NCBI GenBank assembly: GCA_000002435.2
Contig: CM018791.1
Source: Giardia intestinalis
Taxonomy: Eukaryota
DNA length: 64,000 nt
Strand: one strand, 5' to 3'
The translations under genes and the position numbers were made by a program. Below the pieces are notes generated by a model. It made no database searches. It was given only the letters and a program-made list of their open reading frames with translations, and was not told the origin of the DNA. Shown here one piece after another: positions 40,741 through 50,997 of this stretch (positions within the stretch are counted from its first letter, which is position 1; each line of letters opens with the position of its first letter).

Positions 40741-42537
40741 ATGTTGGTAGGATTTCTCCTAGTTTGTGCAACCGTGCTGGCAAAGGACAGCGGGAAGACC
40801 GCGTGCGAGCAGAAGACGGGCGTCTGCGACGGCTCCTTGACCACCGCGGGCTGCGCGACCTGCACCCCGGCGGGCTCCAGCCAGACGTGCCTCACCTGCA
40901 CCACTTCGTCGCATAAGATCAGGCCGGACGAGAAGGGCTGCATCTCCGAGTGCCCCGCGGACGTGAGCACAGACGTCGATGGATTCTGCAAGTGCAAGAG
41001 CGGGTACACGCCGTCGACGAACGGGCAGACGTGCGAGCAGAAGACGGGCGTCTGCGACGGCTCCTTGACCACCGCGGGCTGCGCGACCTGCACCCCGGCG
41101 GGCTCCAGCCAGACGTGCCTCACCTGCACCACTTCGTCGCATAAGATCAGGCCGGACGAGAAGGGCTGCATCTCCGAGTGCCCCGCGGACGTGAGCACAG
41201 ACGTCGATGGATTCTGCAAGTGCAAGAGCGGGTACACGCCGTCGACGAACGGGCAGACGTGCGAGCAGAAGACGGGCGTCTGCGACGGCTCCTTGACCAC
41301 CGCGGGCTGCGCGACCTGCACCCCGGCGGGCTCCAGCCAGACGTGCCTCACCTGCACCACTTCGTCGCATAAGATCAGGCCGGACGAGAAGGGCTGCATC
41401 TCCGAGTGCCCCGCGGACGTGAGCACAGACGTCGATGGATTCTGCAAGTGCAAGAGCGGGTACACGCCGTCGACGAACGGGCAGACGTGCGAGCAGAAGA
41501 CGGGCGTCTGCGACGGCTCCTTGACCACCGCGGGCTGCGCGACCTGCACCCCGGCGGGCTCCAGCCAGACGTGCCTCACCTGCACCACTTCGTCGCATAA
41601 GATCAGGCCGGACGAGAAGGGCTGCATCTCCGAGTGCCCCGCGGACGTGAGCACAGACGTCGATGGATTCTGCAAGTGCAAGAGCGGGTACACGCCGTCG
41701 ACGAACGGGCAGACGTGCGAGCAGAAGACGGGCGTCTGCGACGGCTCCTTGACCACCGCGGGCTGCGCGACCTGCACCCCGGCGGGCTCCAGCCAGACGT
41801 GCCTCACCTGCACCACTTCGTCGCATAAGATCAGGCCGGACGAGAAGGGCTGCATCTCCGAGTGCCCCGCGGACGTGAGCACAGACGTCGATGGATTCTG
41901 CAAGTGCAAGAGCGGGTACACGCCGTCGACGAACGGGCAGACGTGCGAGCAGAAGACGGGCGTCTGCGACGGCTCCTTGACCACCGCGGGCTGCGCGACC
42001 TGCACCCCGGCGGGCTCCAGCCAGACGTGCCTCACCTGCACCACTTCGTCGCATAAGATCAGGCCGGACGAGAAGGGCTGCATCTCCGAGTGCCCCGCGG
42101 ACGTGAGCACAGACGTCGATGGATTCTGCAAGTGCAAGAGCGGGTACACGCCGTCGACGAACGGGCAGACGTGCGAGCAGAAGACGGGCGTCTGCGACGG
42201 CTCCTTGACCACCGCGGGCTGCGCGACCTGCACCCCGGCGGGCTCCAGCCAGACGTGCCTCACCTGCACCACTTCGTCGCATAAGATCAGGCCGGACGAG
42301 AAGGGCTGCATCTCCGAGTGCCCCGCGGACGTGAGCACAGACGTCGATGGATTCTGCAAGTGCAAGAGCGGGTACACGCCGTCGACGAACGGGCAGACGT
42401 GCGAGCCTTCTAATACCAATAAGAGCGGCGGCCTTTCTACCGGTGCCATTGCAGGCATCGCTGTGGCCGCTATCATCGTTGTTGGTGGCCTCGTCGGCTT
42501 CCTCTGCTGGTGGTTCTTGTGTAGGGGGAAGGCATAG
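40741..42537 (+). CDS. Variant-specific surface protein (VSP) with seven identical 76-aa tandem repeats and a canonical CRGKA tail.
   Basis: The start was chosen at the signal peptide MLVGFLLVCATVLA; the ORF track's upstream extension starts at a TTG. The repeat unit CEQKTGVCDGSLTTAGCATCTPAGSSQTCLTCTTSSHKIRPDEKGCISECPADVSTDVDGFCKCKSGYTPSTNGQT occurs 7 times. The C-terminus is ...GGLVGFLCWWFLCRGKA. Confidence 0.85.
   Translation: MLVGFLLVCATVLAKDSGKTACEQKTGVCDGSLTTAGCATCTPAGSSQTCLTCTTSSHKIRPDEKGCISECPADVSTDVDGFCKCKSGYTPSTNGQTCEQKTGVCDGSLTTAGCATCTPAGSSQTCLTCTTSSHKIRPDEKGCISECPADVSTDVDGFCKCKSGYTPSTNGQTCEQKTGVCDGSLTTAGCATCTPAGSSQTCLTCTTSSHKIRPDEKGCISECPADVSTDVDGFCKCKSGYTPSTNGQTCEQKTGVCDGSLTTAGCATCTPAGSSQTCLTCTTSSHKIRPDEKGCISECPADVSTDVDGFCKCKSGYTPSTNGQTCEQKTGVCDGSLTTAGCATCTPAGSSQTCLTCTTSSHKIRPDEKGCISECPADVSTDVDGFCKCKSGYTPSTNGQTCEQKTGVCDGSLTTAGCATCTPAGSSQTCLTCTTSSHKIRPDEKGCISECPADVSTDVDGFCKCKSGYTPSTNGQTCEQKTGVCDGSLTTAGCATCTPAGSSQTCLTCTTSSHKIRPDEKGCISECPADVSTDVDGFCKCKSGYTPSTNGQTCEPSNTNKSGGLSTGAIAGIAVAAIIVVGGLVGFLCWWFLCRGKA
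40804..42399 (+). repeat. Tandem repeat of 7.0 copies of 228 bp. The copies are apparently 100% identical and in-frame within the VSP gene.
   Basis: Copy boundaries are 40804, 41032, 41260, 41488, 41716, 41944 and 42172. The six-frame track shows identical 64-aa spurious ORFs at exactly 228-bp spacing (40950, 41178, ... 42090). Confidence 0.9.
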
Positions 42538-42551
42538 ATACTTAGCTGTGT

Positions 42552-42566
42552 ACTTAGATAGTAAAC
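42552..42566 (+). terminator. Extended VSP-type polyadenylation signal ACTTAGATAGTAAAC.
   Basis: Exact match to ACTYAGRTAGTRAAY, 15 nt after the VSP2 stop codon (TAG at 42535-42537). Confidence 0.65.
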
Positions 42567-43097
42567 GCGTTACTGTGCATAACTTGTATAGATGTGTTGC
42601 TGGACTTGTCTGCAAACGCGGTTCAGAGGCGAAGGTTGGTCGTTGATGATACATAATGAGAGACTTCTCTCCATCAATGCATCCAGAGCCCTGCGCGGTC
42701 CTCGGTCGGCGTGCTCTGTCTGGGGCGCTCCGTGTCGACCTCCAGGATCCGGCCTGCTCAGGGCCATGCGAGTCGCGAGCGTGCTCTCCTTGACCTGCCA
42801 TCAACAACTCGCACTGGGCGCCTTGCTCGGGCAGTAGCCAAGGTCACTCCAAAGGGTGGCTCCGGATTGCAGTTAAAATCAGCGGCGGCTGTTGACTCCA
42901 CTCCCTCTCCCAGCCACCGCAGAGGGCGCCCTAGGAGTTGCTAGTAACAGTGCAGTTAATGGCTTTGCATGGCCGATGGGCACTGGTGGCGTCCCCGTGC
43001 TCAGCAGGCACCCTCAGTGTTATCTACTCTCTCAGGGGATGTCCCTACCTTACTGTGAGAGAGATCCGGCTCGACGGTCTGGATCAGCACGGTGTGG

Positions 43098-44411
43098 ATG
43101 CTAAAGCGTGGGCTGACCGCTCTTCTTAACCTTTCCCACCCAGACGTTCTCAAATACCACCAGGTGCTTACAGATGGCAACACGATTCTTGTTGTTACAG
43201 ACCGCTGCTGTGGAGACCTCCGGCAGTTCATCACCGACTACAGGGACATTCACGAACCTATTCCCAGCGAGCTGATGCTCTCCCTCCTGGAGCAACTGGC
43301 CGACGCCCTTGCCCACCTCCACAGCCTCAGCAGAAGTGCCCACAGCGGCCTGCCCTCTAGCGTTGTCCTCGAGCCCGACAACATCATGTTCGCTGGGGAC
43401 GGGCGGCGTGTTGTTCTTGCAGACTTCGGGTTCTGCGAGGGCATATCGAGCGGAGCTGCGAAGGCTGGCGACCCCGCGTACATGGCCCCCGAGACACTCC
43501 TCTGCGGTGACACGACCGCCGCATCCGACGTCTGGAGCCTTGGGGCCGTCGCATACGAGCTCGCCACCCTGAGGAAGCCGGACTTCCTGGGGGGCAGAGA
43601 ACCAGAGGATGTCTTCGTCGATGGATGGAGGCCGGACCTGAGTGGTGTCACTGATGGCTTCATAAAGAGTGTTCTGGAAAGGATATTCGTGCTGGATCCC
43701 GCTGAAAGGCCAACGGCCAAAGAGCTCGGCTGTCTGCTTCGGATGGCCAATGATTCTACTGATGAACAGGAGGCCCAAGACACAAGGCTAAAGGAGGTGT
43801 GTGCAGCCTTTGTAGAAGCCTTGAATAGGGCCAGCAACGAAACAGTAGCTCTCAGGAAGGACCCTCCTGATCGAGCTACAAGAATGGACATCATCAGGGA
43901 GCAGTGTGCTATTGCCGCCAAGCTATTCAGAGAAATACAGGAGATTAAGGCAGAGATGGGCGAAACAGACGAGACAGACGAAATGGAGGAGTCAGACGAG
44001 TCAGAAGAACCAGAAAAGCACCTAATAGAGGAGGACGACTCCACCGACCTCATGAAGGCAGTCGACAGAAACGACGTGGAGGCCGTGAAGACCCTCATAC
44101 CGCTCCAGGGGGGCATGAAGATGAAGGGATGCGCACTTGTAGGTGACTGGAAGATATACGAGGGAACTGCTCTGATGAGAGCGGCGGTATACGGACACGC
44201 AGGGATCGTGGAGCTGCTCGCGGAGAAAGAGAAGGGACTGAAAGATAGCAACGGATGGACGGCCCTCATGTGGGCTGTGAAGAACGATCACACAGACTGT
44301 GTCAGGCTCCTCATGAGAGAGAAGGACTTGAAGGGTTATAATGGAGGGACTGCCCTTGACATGGCTAAGTTATGGAGAAACCATGAGATAGTCGCCCTCC
44401 TCTCAGAGTAA
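43098..44411 (+). CDS. NEK-like kinase C-lobe fused to ankyrin repeats. It is N-terminally truncated and is a probable pseudokinase.
   Basis: The ORF begins in kinase subdomain IV/V (LNLSHPDVLKYHQV...VVTDRCCGDL). VLEPDNIMF replaces HRDLKPxN, so the catalytic Asp is lost. DFG, APE and DVWSLGAV are present. There is no Gly-loop or VAIK, and an in-frame stop lies at 43056-43058. An acidic linker and three ankyrin units follow. Confidence 0.6.
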   Translation: MLKRGLTALLNLSHPDVLKYHQVLTDGNTILVVTDRCCGDLRQFITDYRDIHEPIPSELMLSLLEQLADALAHLHSLSRSAHSGLPSSVVLEPDNIMFAGDGRRVVLADFGFCEGISSGAAKAGDPAYMAPETLLCGDTTAASDVWSLGAVAYELATLRKPDFLGGREPEDVFVDGWRPDLSGVTDGFIKSVLERIFVLDPAERPTAKELGCLLRMANDSTDEQEAQDTRLKEVCAAFVEALNRASNETVALRKDPPDRATRMDIIREQCAIAAKLFREIQEIKAEMGETDETDEMEESDESEEPEKHLIEEDDSTDLMKAVDRNDVEAVKTLIPLQGGMKMKGCALVGDWKIYEGTALMRAAVYGHAGIVELLAEKEKGLKDSNGWTALMWAVKNDHTDCVRLLMREKDLKGYNGGTALDMAKLWRNHEIVALLSE

Positions 44412-44663
44412 ACGCCTTAAAGCCAATGGATTGAAGCGCCAGTGCCACATTTTACTGATCACAGAGAGACGGAGAGGAGCTCCAGGGACTCGGTGGGGAG
44501 CAAGGGCAGCGCATCCTCAGAGGAGCAGGCACGTGGAACGAGTCCATCTCCACGGCTCGTCTGCTTCTGGTGGGATCTATTACCACGTGGAGGCAGCCCG
44601 GACAGTCCTGGTTTATGTCTGGTGCATCAAGCAAGGTGAAGATTTAATAATAGTTAACGACGA

Positions 44664-47600
44664 ATGAAGGGCTCTGACCTGGCCCAGGACACGCCCCTTG
44701 CCTTCTGTCGAGGACACCGAACAGAGAAAGCTGAATCAGAGAGTAGCGATGGCGACCATGTCACTCCTCGGACGGTAAATCGCGACACTCTTCTGATGCG
44801 TGCGGCCAGCGACGGTGACGCAGATCGTCTACGAAGTATTCTTGACATCCACAGTGAGTTGCTCAGGCAGAAGAACAGGCCCGGTAAAACAGCGCTGATG
44901 TTGGCCGCAGAGAGGGGACACTATGAGTGTGCAAGGGAACTCTTACAGGAAGTGGGAATCACCACACCGTCCGATACCACGGCGCTCATGCTTGCCATCC
45001 GCTCTCGGCATACGCCGATCATTGAGTTGCTGGCCCCGCTAGAGGGTACGCTGTCCGGCATGACAGCCCTTATGCAAGCAATCATTACAGGCTCCGTATC
45101 TACCTCCACCATAGCTACGTACTCAACAGATCTAGGACAACAGGATCGTTGCGGAATGAGCGCTCTCATGTACTCGGCCCTATTCTGTAGGCCCGAATCC
45201 ACGGCACTGATCCTTCAAAGTTCGGTCAGCAGTGAAGTAAGCGAGCTCTCATTGGTTAGTGGCAAACAGGAGACAGCGTTGATGATTGCAACGGAGCAGG
45301 ACTGTCCTGAGTGTGTTGCACAGCTTCTGGCCGAAGCCGGACATATCTCACGTGGCCGTCGCTCTGCACTGTTAATAGCCATGGAGCTACCGAGGAGGGA
45401 CTGTGCAGATCTGCTTCTATCCTCGAAAAAAGAGCGGATGATTAGTAGGGTGACACAACTCATGGTAGATGCCCGCTACGGAGCCTCAACGTCGGACTCT
45501 CTTCTAAGAGATAATGGGAAGAGTGCAGTAGACAAGAAGACCGCGCTCATGCATGCTTCTATTGCGGGTAATTTGGAGATGGTACAGGCGCTGAAGCAGA
45601 GTGAAGCAAGGATGCAGGATAAGCTAGGATGGACAGCGCTTATGTATGCTGTAAGAAGTAAGAACACAGGTATTGTGTCCAAGTTGGCTCTATGTGAAGC
45701 TGGAGTTATCAGTAGATCAGGAGAGACGGCACTGTCCATGGCTATAGAGCAGGCGTTTGAGCCTGCTGTGCAAATACTGCTTCCCCATGAGATGAGCGTT
45801 ACTACGGAGTATTGTCCTAATCTTGTTATGCACTCGGTGCGGAGAAAACCGCCGAACATTCCGATAATAAGTATCCTGATAGAATATTGCATCAAGCATA
45901 GCGCTAAAAGACCCTTTGTGCCACTCCGTCGCCCCGCAGAAGGGTTTTGGAAGGAGACAGCCCTGATCCGCGCTGCGGCTGTAGGAGACAAGGCCCTCAT
46001 AGAGAAGAATATAACACAAGTCGGCCAGATGCACAGAGGATATACTGCCCTGCTCACGGCAGCAGAGAGAAACAGAGCAGATTGCATACCACTACTCTTG
46101 AGAGAGCTGGGTATCCAGGTCTGGGATGGGCAGACAGCCTTGATGCGTGCAAGCGAGCTGGGACACGTCGAATGCATTCCTTTATTGTTAGCAGAGTCAT
46201 ACGCAACCACTGCAGCAGGAACCACAGCCTTGATGAAGGCTTCTGCTGCAAACAAGCCAGATGCAGTGAGACTGCTTCTCCATGAAGCGGGTCTGCAGGA
46301 TGCAGAGGGCCACACAGCGCTGGTGGTAGCGGCCCAGCGGAACCACCAAGAGGTTGTGGAGATCCTAGTGGATCTTGAAAAGGGTATAATGGACAAGGAA
46401 GCTAAAACGGCGCTTGTGCACGCTATTCTCAATAAAGCAACAGATTGCATTGAGCCACTGTTAAGGTCAGAAAGGGAGTTCACGAAAATTAGTCCGTTGA
46501 TGGTGGACGTCAGTTTGGGGAAGACTATTTCTGTAGAAGCCTACAGATCTGAGTTGAGAAGGCTCGACAACCATGGAAACACGGCCCTGATGTATGCGGT
46601 CATGGCTAAGAACTATTCTGGAATACAGGTATTGTTAGAATCCGAGGGGGGCATGCAGAGCCCATCAGGAGCATTCGGGTTGCTCTTGGCAGCAGAGCTC
46701 CAGGACCTTCGGGGAATTGAACTTATCGCGCAATGCCCGCAAGAGCGTTCTCTATATGATGCACGTGGAGACACTGCTCTCACATATTCAATTAAGAGAA
46801 AGCTGAAAGGTAGCACACAGGCTCTTGCCAAGTTGCTGTTTGATATTCCAACTAGCAATGGAACGCTTCCATTAGATATTGCACTGACTGAGGGGAATGG
46901 AGAGGCCTACGCTCTGCTTTACTCTCTCCACCTTGAAAAGTCCACAGAATTCATTCTGACACAAAAGCCTTTAGTGCTGAAGAGGGTGGAGGAACCGACA
47001 GAGCTGCTCCGTGCAGTTGATAGAAAGGACATAGAAGGGGTTCGCGCACATCTCAACCGAGTCGGATACATGTTTCAAGGCCGGAGCGCTCTATTCAAAG
47101 CTGCTGAAGCGGGAAGCGTAGACATTCTCCGCCTGCTACTCTGTGAGTCTCGCAACACTAACCTCATTGGTGAGACCGCACTTATTCTTGCTACGCTGTC
47201 TGGCAACCGAGAGGCTGTCCAGATCCTTGCCCCATTAGAGACAGGAATTAGTGGCTTTAACGAAGCCATGGTCTGCGCCGCTCTAGATGATCTCCCAGGT
47301 TTGAAGAAGTGTATTGGCGACGGTAGCTGTATGGCTGACACATTGGGTAACACAGCGTTGGTTTACGCAGCAGCATGCGGTTCATTACTGTGCATGGAGC
47401 ATCTACTTAAGCAAGGAATCGGGAAAGAAAGCGGAAAGCTGACGCCTTTAATGGCCGCAGCGCGTAATAATAAAGTTGATGCTGTACGGCTGCTACTCGA
47501 GTGCTCCCAGTTTCATGGACAGCAAGATGTCCTTGGAATGACTGCGCTGATGCATGCAGTTGATAAGTGCGCCTGCGAGGCTGCATGCTTGCTCTTGCCG

Positions 47601-47681
47601 CATGAGGCTACGTTGATAAATGCATTCGGAGAGACAGCCTTCGATATAGCCAGGAGACGCAATGTCAGCCTATCAGAGTGA
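44664..47681 (+). CDS. Ankyrin-repeat protein (21.1-like, 1005 aa).
   Basis: Continuous ankyrin units throughout (KTALMLAAERGHYECARELL, TALMYAVRSKNTGIV...). Confidence 0.8.
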   Translation: MKGSDLAQDTPLAFCRGHRTEKAESESSDGDHVTPRTVNRDTLLMRAASDGDADRLRSILDIHSELLRQKNRPGKTALMLAAERGHYECARELLQEVGITTPSDTTALMLAIRSRHTPIIELLAPLEGTLSGMTALMQAIITGSVSTSTIATYSTDLGQQDRCGMSALMYSALFCRPESTALILQSSVSSEVSELSLVSGKQETALMIATEQDCPECVAQLLAEAGHISRGRRSALLIAMELPRRDCADLLLSSKKERMISRVTQLMVDARYGASTSDSLLRDNGKSAVDKKTALMHASIAGNLEMVQALKQSEARMQDKLGWTALMYAVRSKNTGIVSKLALCEAGVISRSGETALSMAIEQAFEPAVQILLPHEMSVTTEYCPNLVMHSVRRKPPNIPIISILIEYCIKHSAKRPFVPLRRPAEGFWKETALIRAAAVGDKALIEKNITQVGQMHRGYTALLTAAERNRADCIPLLLRELGIQVWDGQTALMRASELGHVECIPLLLAESYATTAAGTTALMKASAANKPDAVRLLLHEAGLQDAEGHTALVVAAQRNHQEVVEILVDLEKGIMDKEAKTALVHAILNKATDCIEPLLRSEREFTKISPLMVDVSLGKTISVEAYRSELRRLDNHGNTALMYAVMAKNYSGIQVLLESEGGMQSPSGAFGLLLAAELQDLRGIELIAQCPQERSLYDARGDTALTYSIKRKLKGSTQALAKLLFDIPTSNGTLPLDIALTEGNGEAYALLYSLHLEKSTEFILTQKPLVLKRVEEPTELLRAVDRKDIEGVRAHLNRVGYMFQGRSALFKAAEAGSVDILRLLLCESRNTNLIGETALILATLSGNREAVQILAPLETGISGFNEAMVCAALDDLPGLKKCIGDGSCMADTLGNTALVYAAACGSLLCMEHLLKQGIGKESGKLTPLMAAARNNKVDAVRLLLECSQFHGQQDVLGMTALMHAVDKCACEAACLLLPHEATLINAFGETAFDIARRRNVSLSE

Positions 47682-47777
47682 GCTAGTGAGAACATCCTCG
47701 TGCACAGTGAAAGACGAAGTGAATGCACAAACATCTAAAAGCACGGCATCTTTAAAAACACGAGTTGGGTAGCATCG

Positions 47778-50700
47778 ATGGAGCCAACCGTAGCGATTAA
47801 GCCGGAGGCAGCGGTTGTCTGCACAAAGAGTCTTGAGTCCATCTTTACACGTAGTGACCCCAAAGAGATGTGCGAGGCACTGCAGACAGCGATTCAACTG
47901 GCGTCAAACAAACAGAGTATTGATCATCTGGTCCTTCCCGTGATCAAGCACGCCAGCACCTCAACCGACCATAGACTGAAAAAGCTCCTCCACATCTTCT
48001 GGCCGCTTGTTGAGTGCTATCATGGAGGTCAGCTGAAATCTCACATTATACTGATGTCGAACTCCATTCTTCACGACCTCAAAAGCCCCAATGAAATGAT
48101 CCTCTGCTCAGCACTTCGCTGCATCCTTCACTTGCAAGTCATCGAGGTTATATCTAACATCATCACTGGGGTCCCGCCACTATTGTCTCACCCCGACCAT
48201 AGAGTTCGCTGCGCCGCAGTTGCCGCTATTCATTCTGTTCGTGCGCGCTATGGTGACATTATTTCGCTTGGAGACGTATATACACGCCTAGCAGAAGAGG
48301 AGAACGTTGCGGTCTTGCGCCGTCTTGTCTTCCTTCTTGCGGATCTAGACCCAGAAAATGGTGCTCTTCACGTACTCAAACTCCTGAGGCGCATGGGTGT
48401 TGCCGACGTCTCTGACTTTTTATATGATGTGCTCCCCCAACTAGTTAAAGGGATGCAGGGCGATAAAATAGGGTTTCTGGAGACTGTGCTCTCTGTCACA
48501 AAGAAGTCGATTGCACAATTTGATTCACGTGTACAATATTCAGCGGGCCTTGGCCTTTGGGCTATTGTAGTTCTTTATCCAACAATTAGCTTCCAAGGCC
48601 TAAATAAGGGCCAATCAGAGGGGAATTGCAGTGAAATTACGCGAGAGGATATTGCTGTGATGGCAGTTCAGTCTCTCCTGCACGCCAGTAGAACCATTGA
48701 CGATGCTTGCATGATAACAATACTTGATATTATTAGGGAAGCCGTTTCGCTGTTTGCACAGGCCTTCATGAATCACAGCATTATTAGCAATATCACCTTC
48801 TCCCTTTGCTCCAGCCATATGTCTGATGCTGCCCGATCCCGTCTTCTGGGACTCAAACTCTTCAGCACACTTGCTCATATAGGTTCTGCCCGCCAGCTTC
48901 TAGAAACATTTATTTTGTCCCCCTTTATAACTACAAGCTGTATTACTGTGCTGTATGAATCTGTATCAGAGATATTCAGTATTGTATCTAGCTTGAAGAC
49001 CTCTGAAGAACTTATGGAACTGGGAGCTACTCCTTTTGTGCTTACCGAGTTGGTTCATAAAGTTACCACATATTCTCCGGCCTATACAACCCTTGCCAAG
49101 ACAAACGCTGAGTACAAGCGTGGGCTGTGGACCGATACTTGTTGCGATGTTGTAAAGGTGCTGATGTGCATCTTAAAGGGTATTGTGACCACTGACAGTC
49201 CACCTTCTGTTGCAGCGCTAGAGACAGGGCAGTTGTGCATGAGACTTCTCCTGTACCTGGTGCTCTGCAACAAAGGTCCAAATGGTAGATGGAACCCAGA
49301 GGTATCTCAAGCAGCAATTGTGGCTGTTGGAGACATCTCACCGATGCTTGTGCTTCTTCTTGTTTGCTATTTCTTGAAAATTGCATTTAAGACATCTTCC
49401 GAAGAGAAGGATCTAAACTACGACTTCTCTACGCAGTACTTGGGGATGTCCCCCCTGGCATTTTTGCCCACTGCCGTAGCAGAGGCATCAAAGGGCTCCG
49501 TTGATCCTAGAACCCTTTGTGGACTTGCAACTAAAGAGATGTACGATGCCCAGGATTCACTTATCATTGCCGTCTCTTGCAGGTACCTTCTTGCAGGTAT
49601 TGATGCCTGCGTCAAAACAGGTCTTTACACAAGGGAAGGTATATCTGGCCTGCTGTTAGTTGGCATTGCAAAATACTACAAAGTCATCGAAAAAAATACT
49701 GCAGTGTGCAGCAGCGACCTCTGCTTTATTAACTTGCAGATGAAGCGTATCGTGAACCATTGCAAAGGAGAAGTTGACGGCAAGGACTTTTCGGAAAATA
49801 AAACAAGTTATAATCACTCGGCGCATCATTCAACGCACACATTAGGCTCTTCAGCTGCGTCTCCTAGACTTGTCTCGTCACTATCTCACGCCATATCTGG
49901 TGTGCAATTCAGTATCTTAGGCACCTCGGTTGAAAGACCGACTATTACACAGGAGACAGCTATTCTGACGCGCAGCTTTGGGTCTGACGACTTGTATAAC
50001 ACTCTAGTCGAACTAGCTGTGCCCCAATCTTCTGAAAAAGGATCTTCTCTCGCCACTGTCTTTACTAAGGACACAGATTTTTCGCTATACACTCCCAGTC
50101 AGAGTGCATCATGCAATGCCATTAGTATTGATTCAGCTGGGAAAATATATAGTAGTGGATCGCTCGGGAATGTGGTCCAGCTTTCAGGAGACTCTGAGCG
50201 AATCTACGCCGAGGCTATCATTCAGGTCTCTCCCTCCTTGATAGCTCTAGAGGTACTCTTCATTAATAGAACTAATGAGTCTGCACAGGATGTCACATTG
50301 GAACTGTTTGCAAGTCCCTCTCTCCGGGTGCCTCATACAGCCAATAAAGTAGTCAATCTAGAACCCTACGGATTTGCAAGGGACAAGTACATCCTCTACG
50401 TAGACAACTGTGAAGCTGGGGTTATTTATGGAAATATAACGGCGAAATTCACCCAGGAGAAGCAGAAAAACGAGTCAAGGACACACGAAGTCATTCACCG
50501 CACTAAGGAGATTGATATCAATATTCGATCATTCCTTACCCCCTATTCTCTAAGAGACAGAGAGTTCTGCCGTCTATGGTCCATATTTGATTGGGAGTAT
50601 AAGGTTGCAGTGTCAACATTAGCTCCACCGGAGGGGGTCGCGTTAATGGTTAAGGCAAGCCTCAATGCGTTCGTTCTTCCGGAAGAAGAGGCTCTCTTAC

Positions 50701-50924
50701 TGAGAGGCTTGTCTGATACTTCTATTTGTGACAAAAAGTTAAGAACATACTGTTGCAACTTTGCAACTCAATCCAGGGGGACCGTCGTCCTTTTCAATCT
50801 CAGCCTCGAGGTCTTCTGCGGTCCCGATGGTTCGCTAACATCAGGAAGCCTTCGGCTTCGTAGTCCGTCAAAATTCCTTGCACAATCTATTTCATCTTAC
50901 CTTTCATCCACGCTTGTCTTTTGA
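47778..50924 (+). CDS. COPB: Coatomer subunit beta (beta-COP).
   Basis: DHRLKKLLHIFWPLV...LKSPNEMILCSALRCILHLQVIEV...SHPDHRVRCAAVAAIHSV parallels beta-COP's DHTIKKLLLVFWEIV...LQHPNEFIRGSTLRFLCKL...EHRHSYVRRNAVLAIYTI. C-terminal FCRLWSIFDWEYKVAV parallels FRQMWAEFEWENKVTV. Confidence 0.85.
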   Translation: MEPTVAIKPEAAVVCTKSLESIFTRSDPKEMCEALQTAIQLASNKQSIDHLVLPVIKHASTSTDHRLKKLLHIFWPLVECYHGGQLKSHIILMSNSILHDLKSPNEMILCSALRCILHLQVIEVISNIITGVPPLLSHPDHRVRCAAVAAIHSVRARYGDIISLGDVYTRLAEEENVAVLRRLVFLLADLDPENGALHVLKLLRRMGVADVSDFLYDVLPQLVKGMQGDKIGFLETVLSVTKKSIAQFDSRVQYSAGLGLWAIVVLYPTISFQGLNKGQSEGNCSEITREDIAVMAVQSLLHASRTIDDACMITILDIIREAVSLFAQAFMNHSIISNITFSLCSSHMSDAARSRLLGLKLFSTLAHIGSARQLLETFILSPFITTSCITVLYESVSEIFSIVSSLKTSEELMELGATPFVLTELVHKVTTYSPAYTTLAKTNAEYKRGLWTDTCCDVVKVLMCILKGIVTTDSPPSVAALETGQLCMRLLLYLVLCNKGPNGRWNPEVSQAAIVAVGDISPMLVLLLVCYFLKIAFKTSSEEKDLNYDFSTQYLGMSPLAFLPTAVAEASKGSVDPRTLCGLATKEMYDAQDSLIIAVSCRYLLAGIDACVKTGLYTREGISGLLLVGIAKYYKVIEKNTAVCSSDLCFINLQMKRIVNHCKGEVDGKDFSENKTSYNHSAHHSTHTLGSSAASPRLVSSLSHAISGVQFSILGTSVERPTITQETAILTRSFGSDDLYNTLVELAVPQSSEKGSSLATVFTKDTDFSLYTPSQSASCNAISIDSAGKIYSSGSLGNVVQLSGDSERIYAEAIIQVSPSLIALEVLFINRTNESAQDVTLELFASPSLRVPHTANKVVNLEPYGFARDKYILYVDNCEAGVIYGNITAKFTQEKQKNESRTHEVIHRTKEIDINIRSFLTPYSLRDREFCRLWSIFDWEYKVAVSTLAPPEGVALMVKASLNAFVLPEEEALLLRGLSDTSICDKKLRTYCCNFATQSRGTVVLFNLSLEVFCGPDGSLTSGSLRLRSPSKFLAQSISSYLSSTLVF

Positions 50925-50997
50925 TCTAGTTGGCATGTGAAAAAATTTCACCTAAGGCTGATATAAGCGATGGTGTGCCTAGCACACAACAGTAAAT

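Noticed and set aside
40804-42399. Tandem array as a CRISPR-like repeat.
   Set aside because: This is a eukaryotic coding repeat, 228 bp with no spacers, and is in-frame within a VSP.
40563-42807. Two very long antisense ORFs (637 and 682 aa) and six identical 64-aa sense-strand ORFs across the VSP2 repeat array.
   Set aside because: They are by-products of a GC-rich, perfectly periodic repeat: R/A/G/P-rich and themselves exactly periodic. The sense-frame VSP has a signal peptide, CXXC motifs, a TM helix and a CRGKA tail, and is clearly the real gene.
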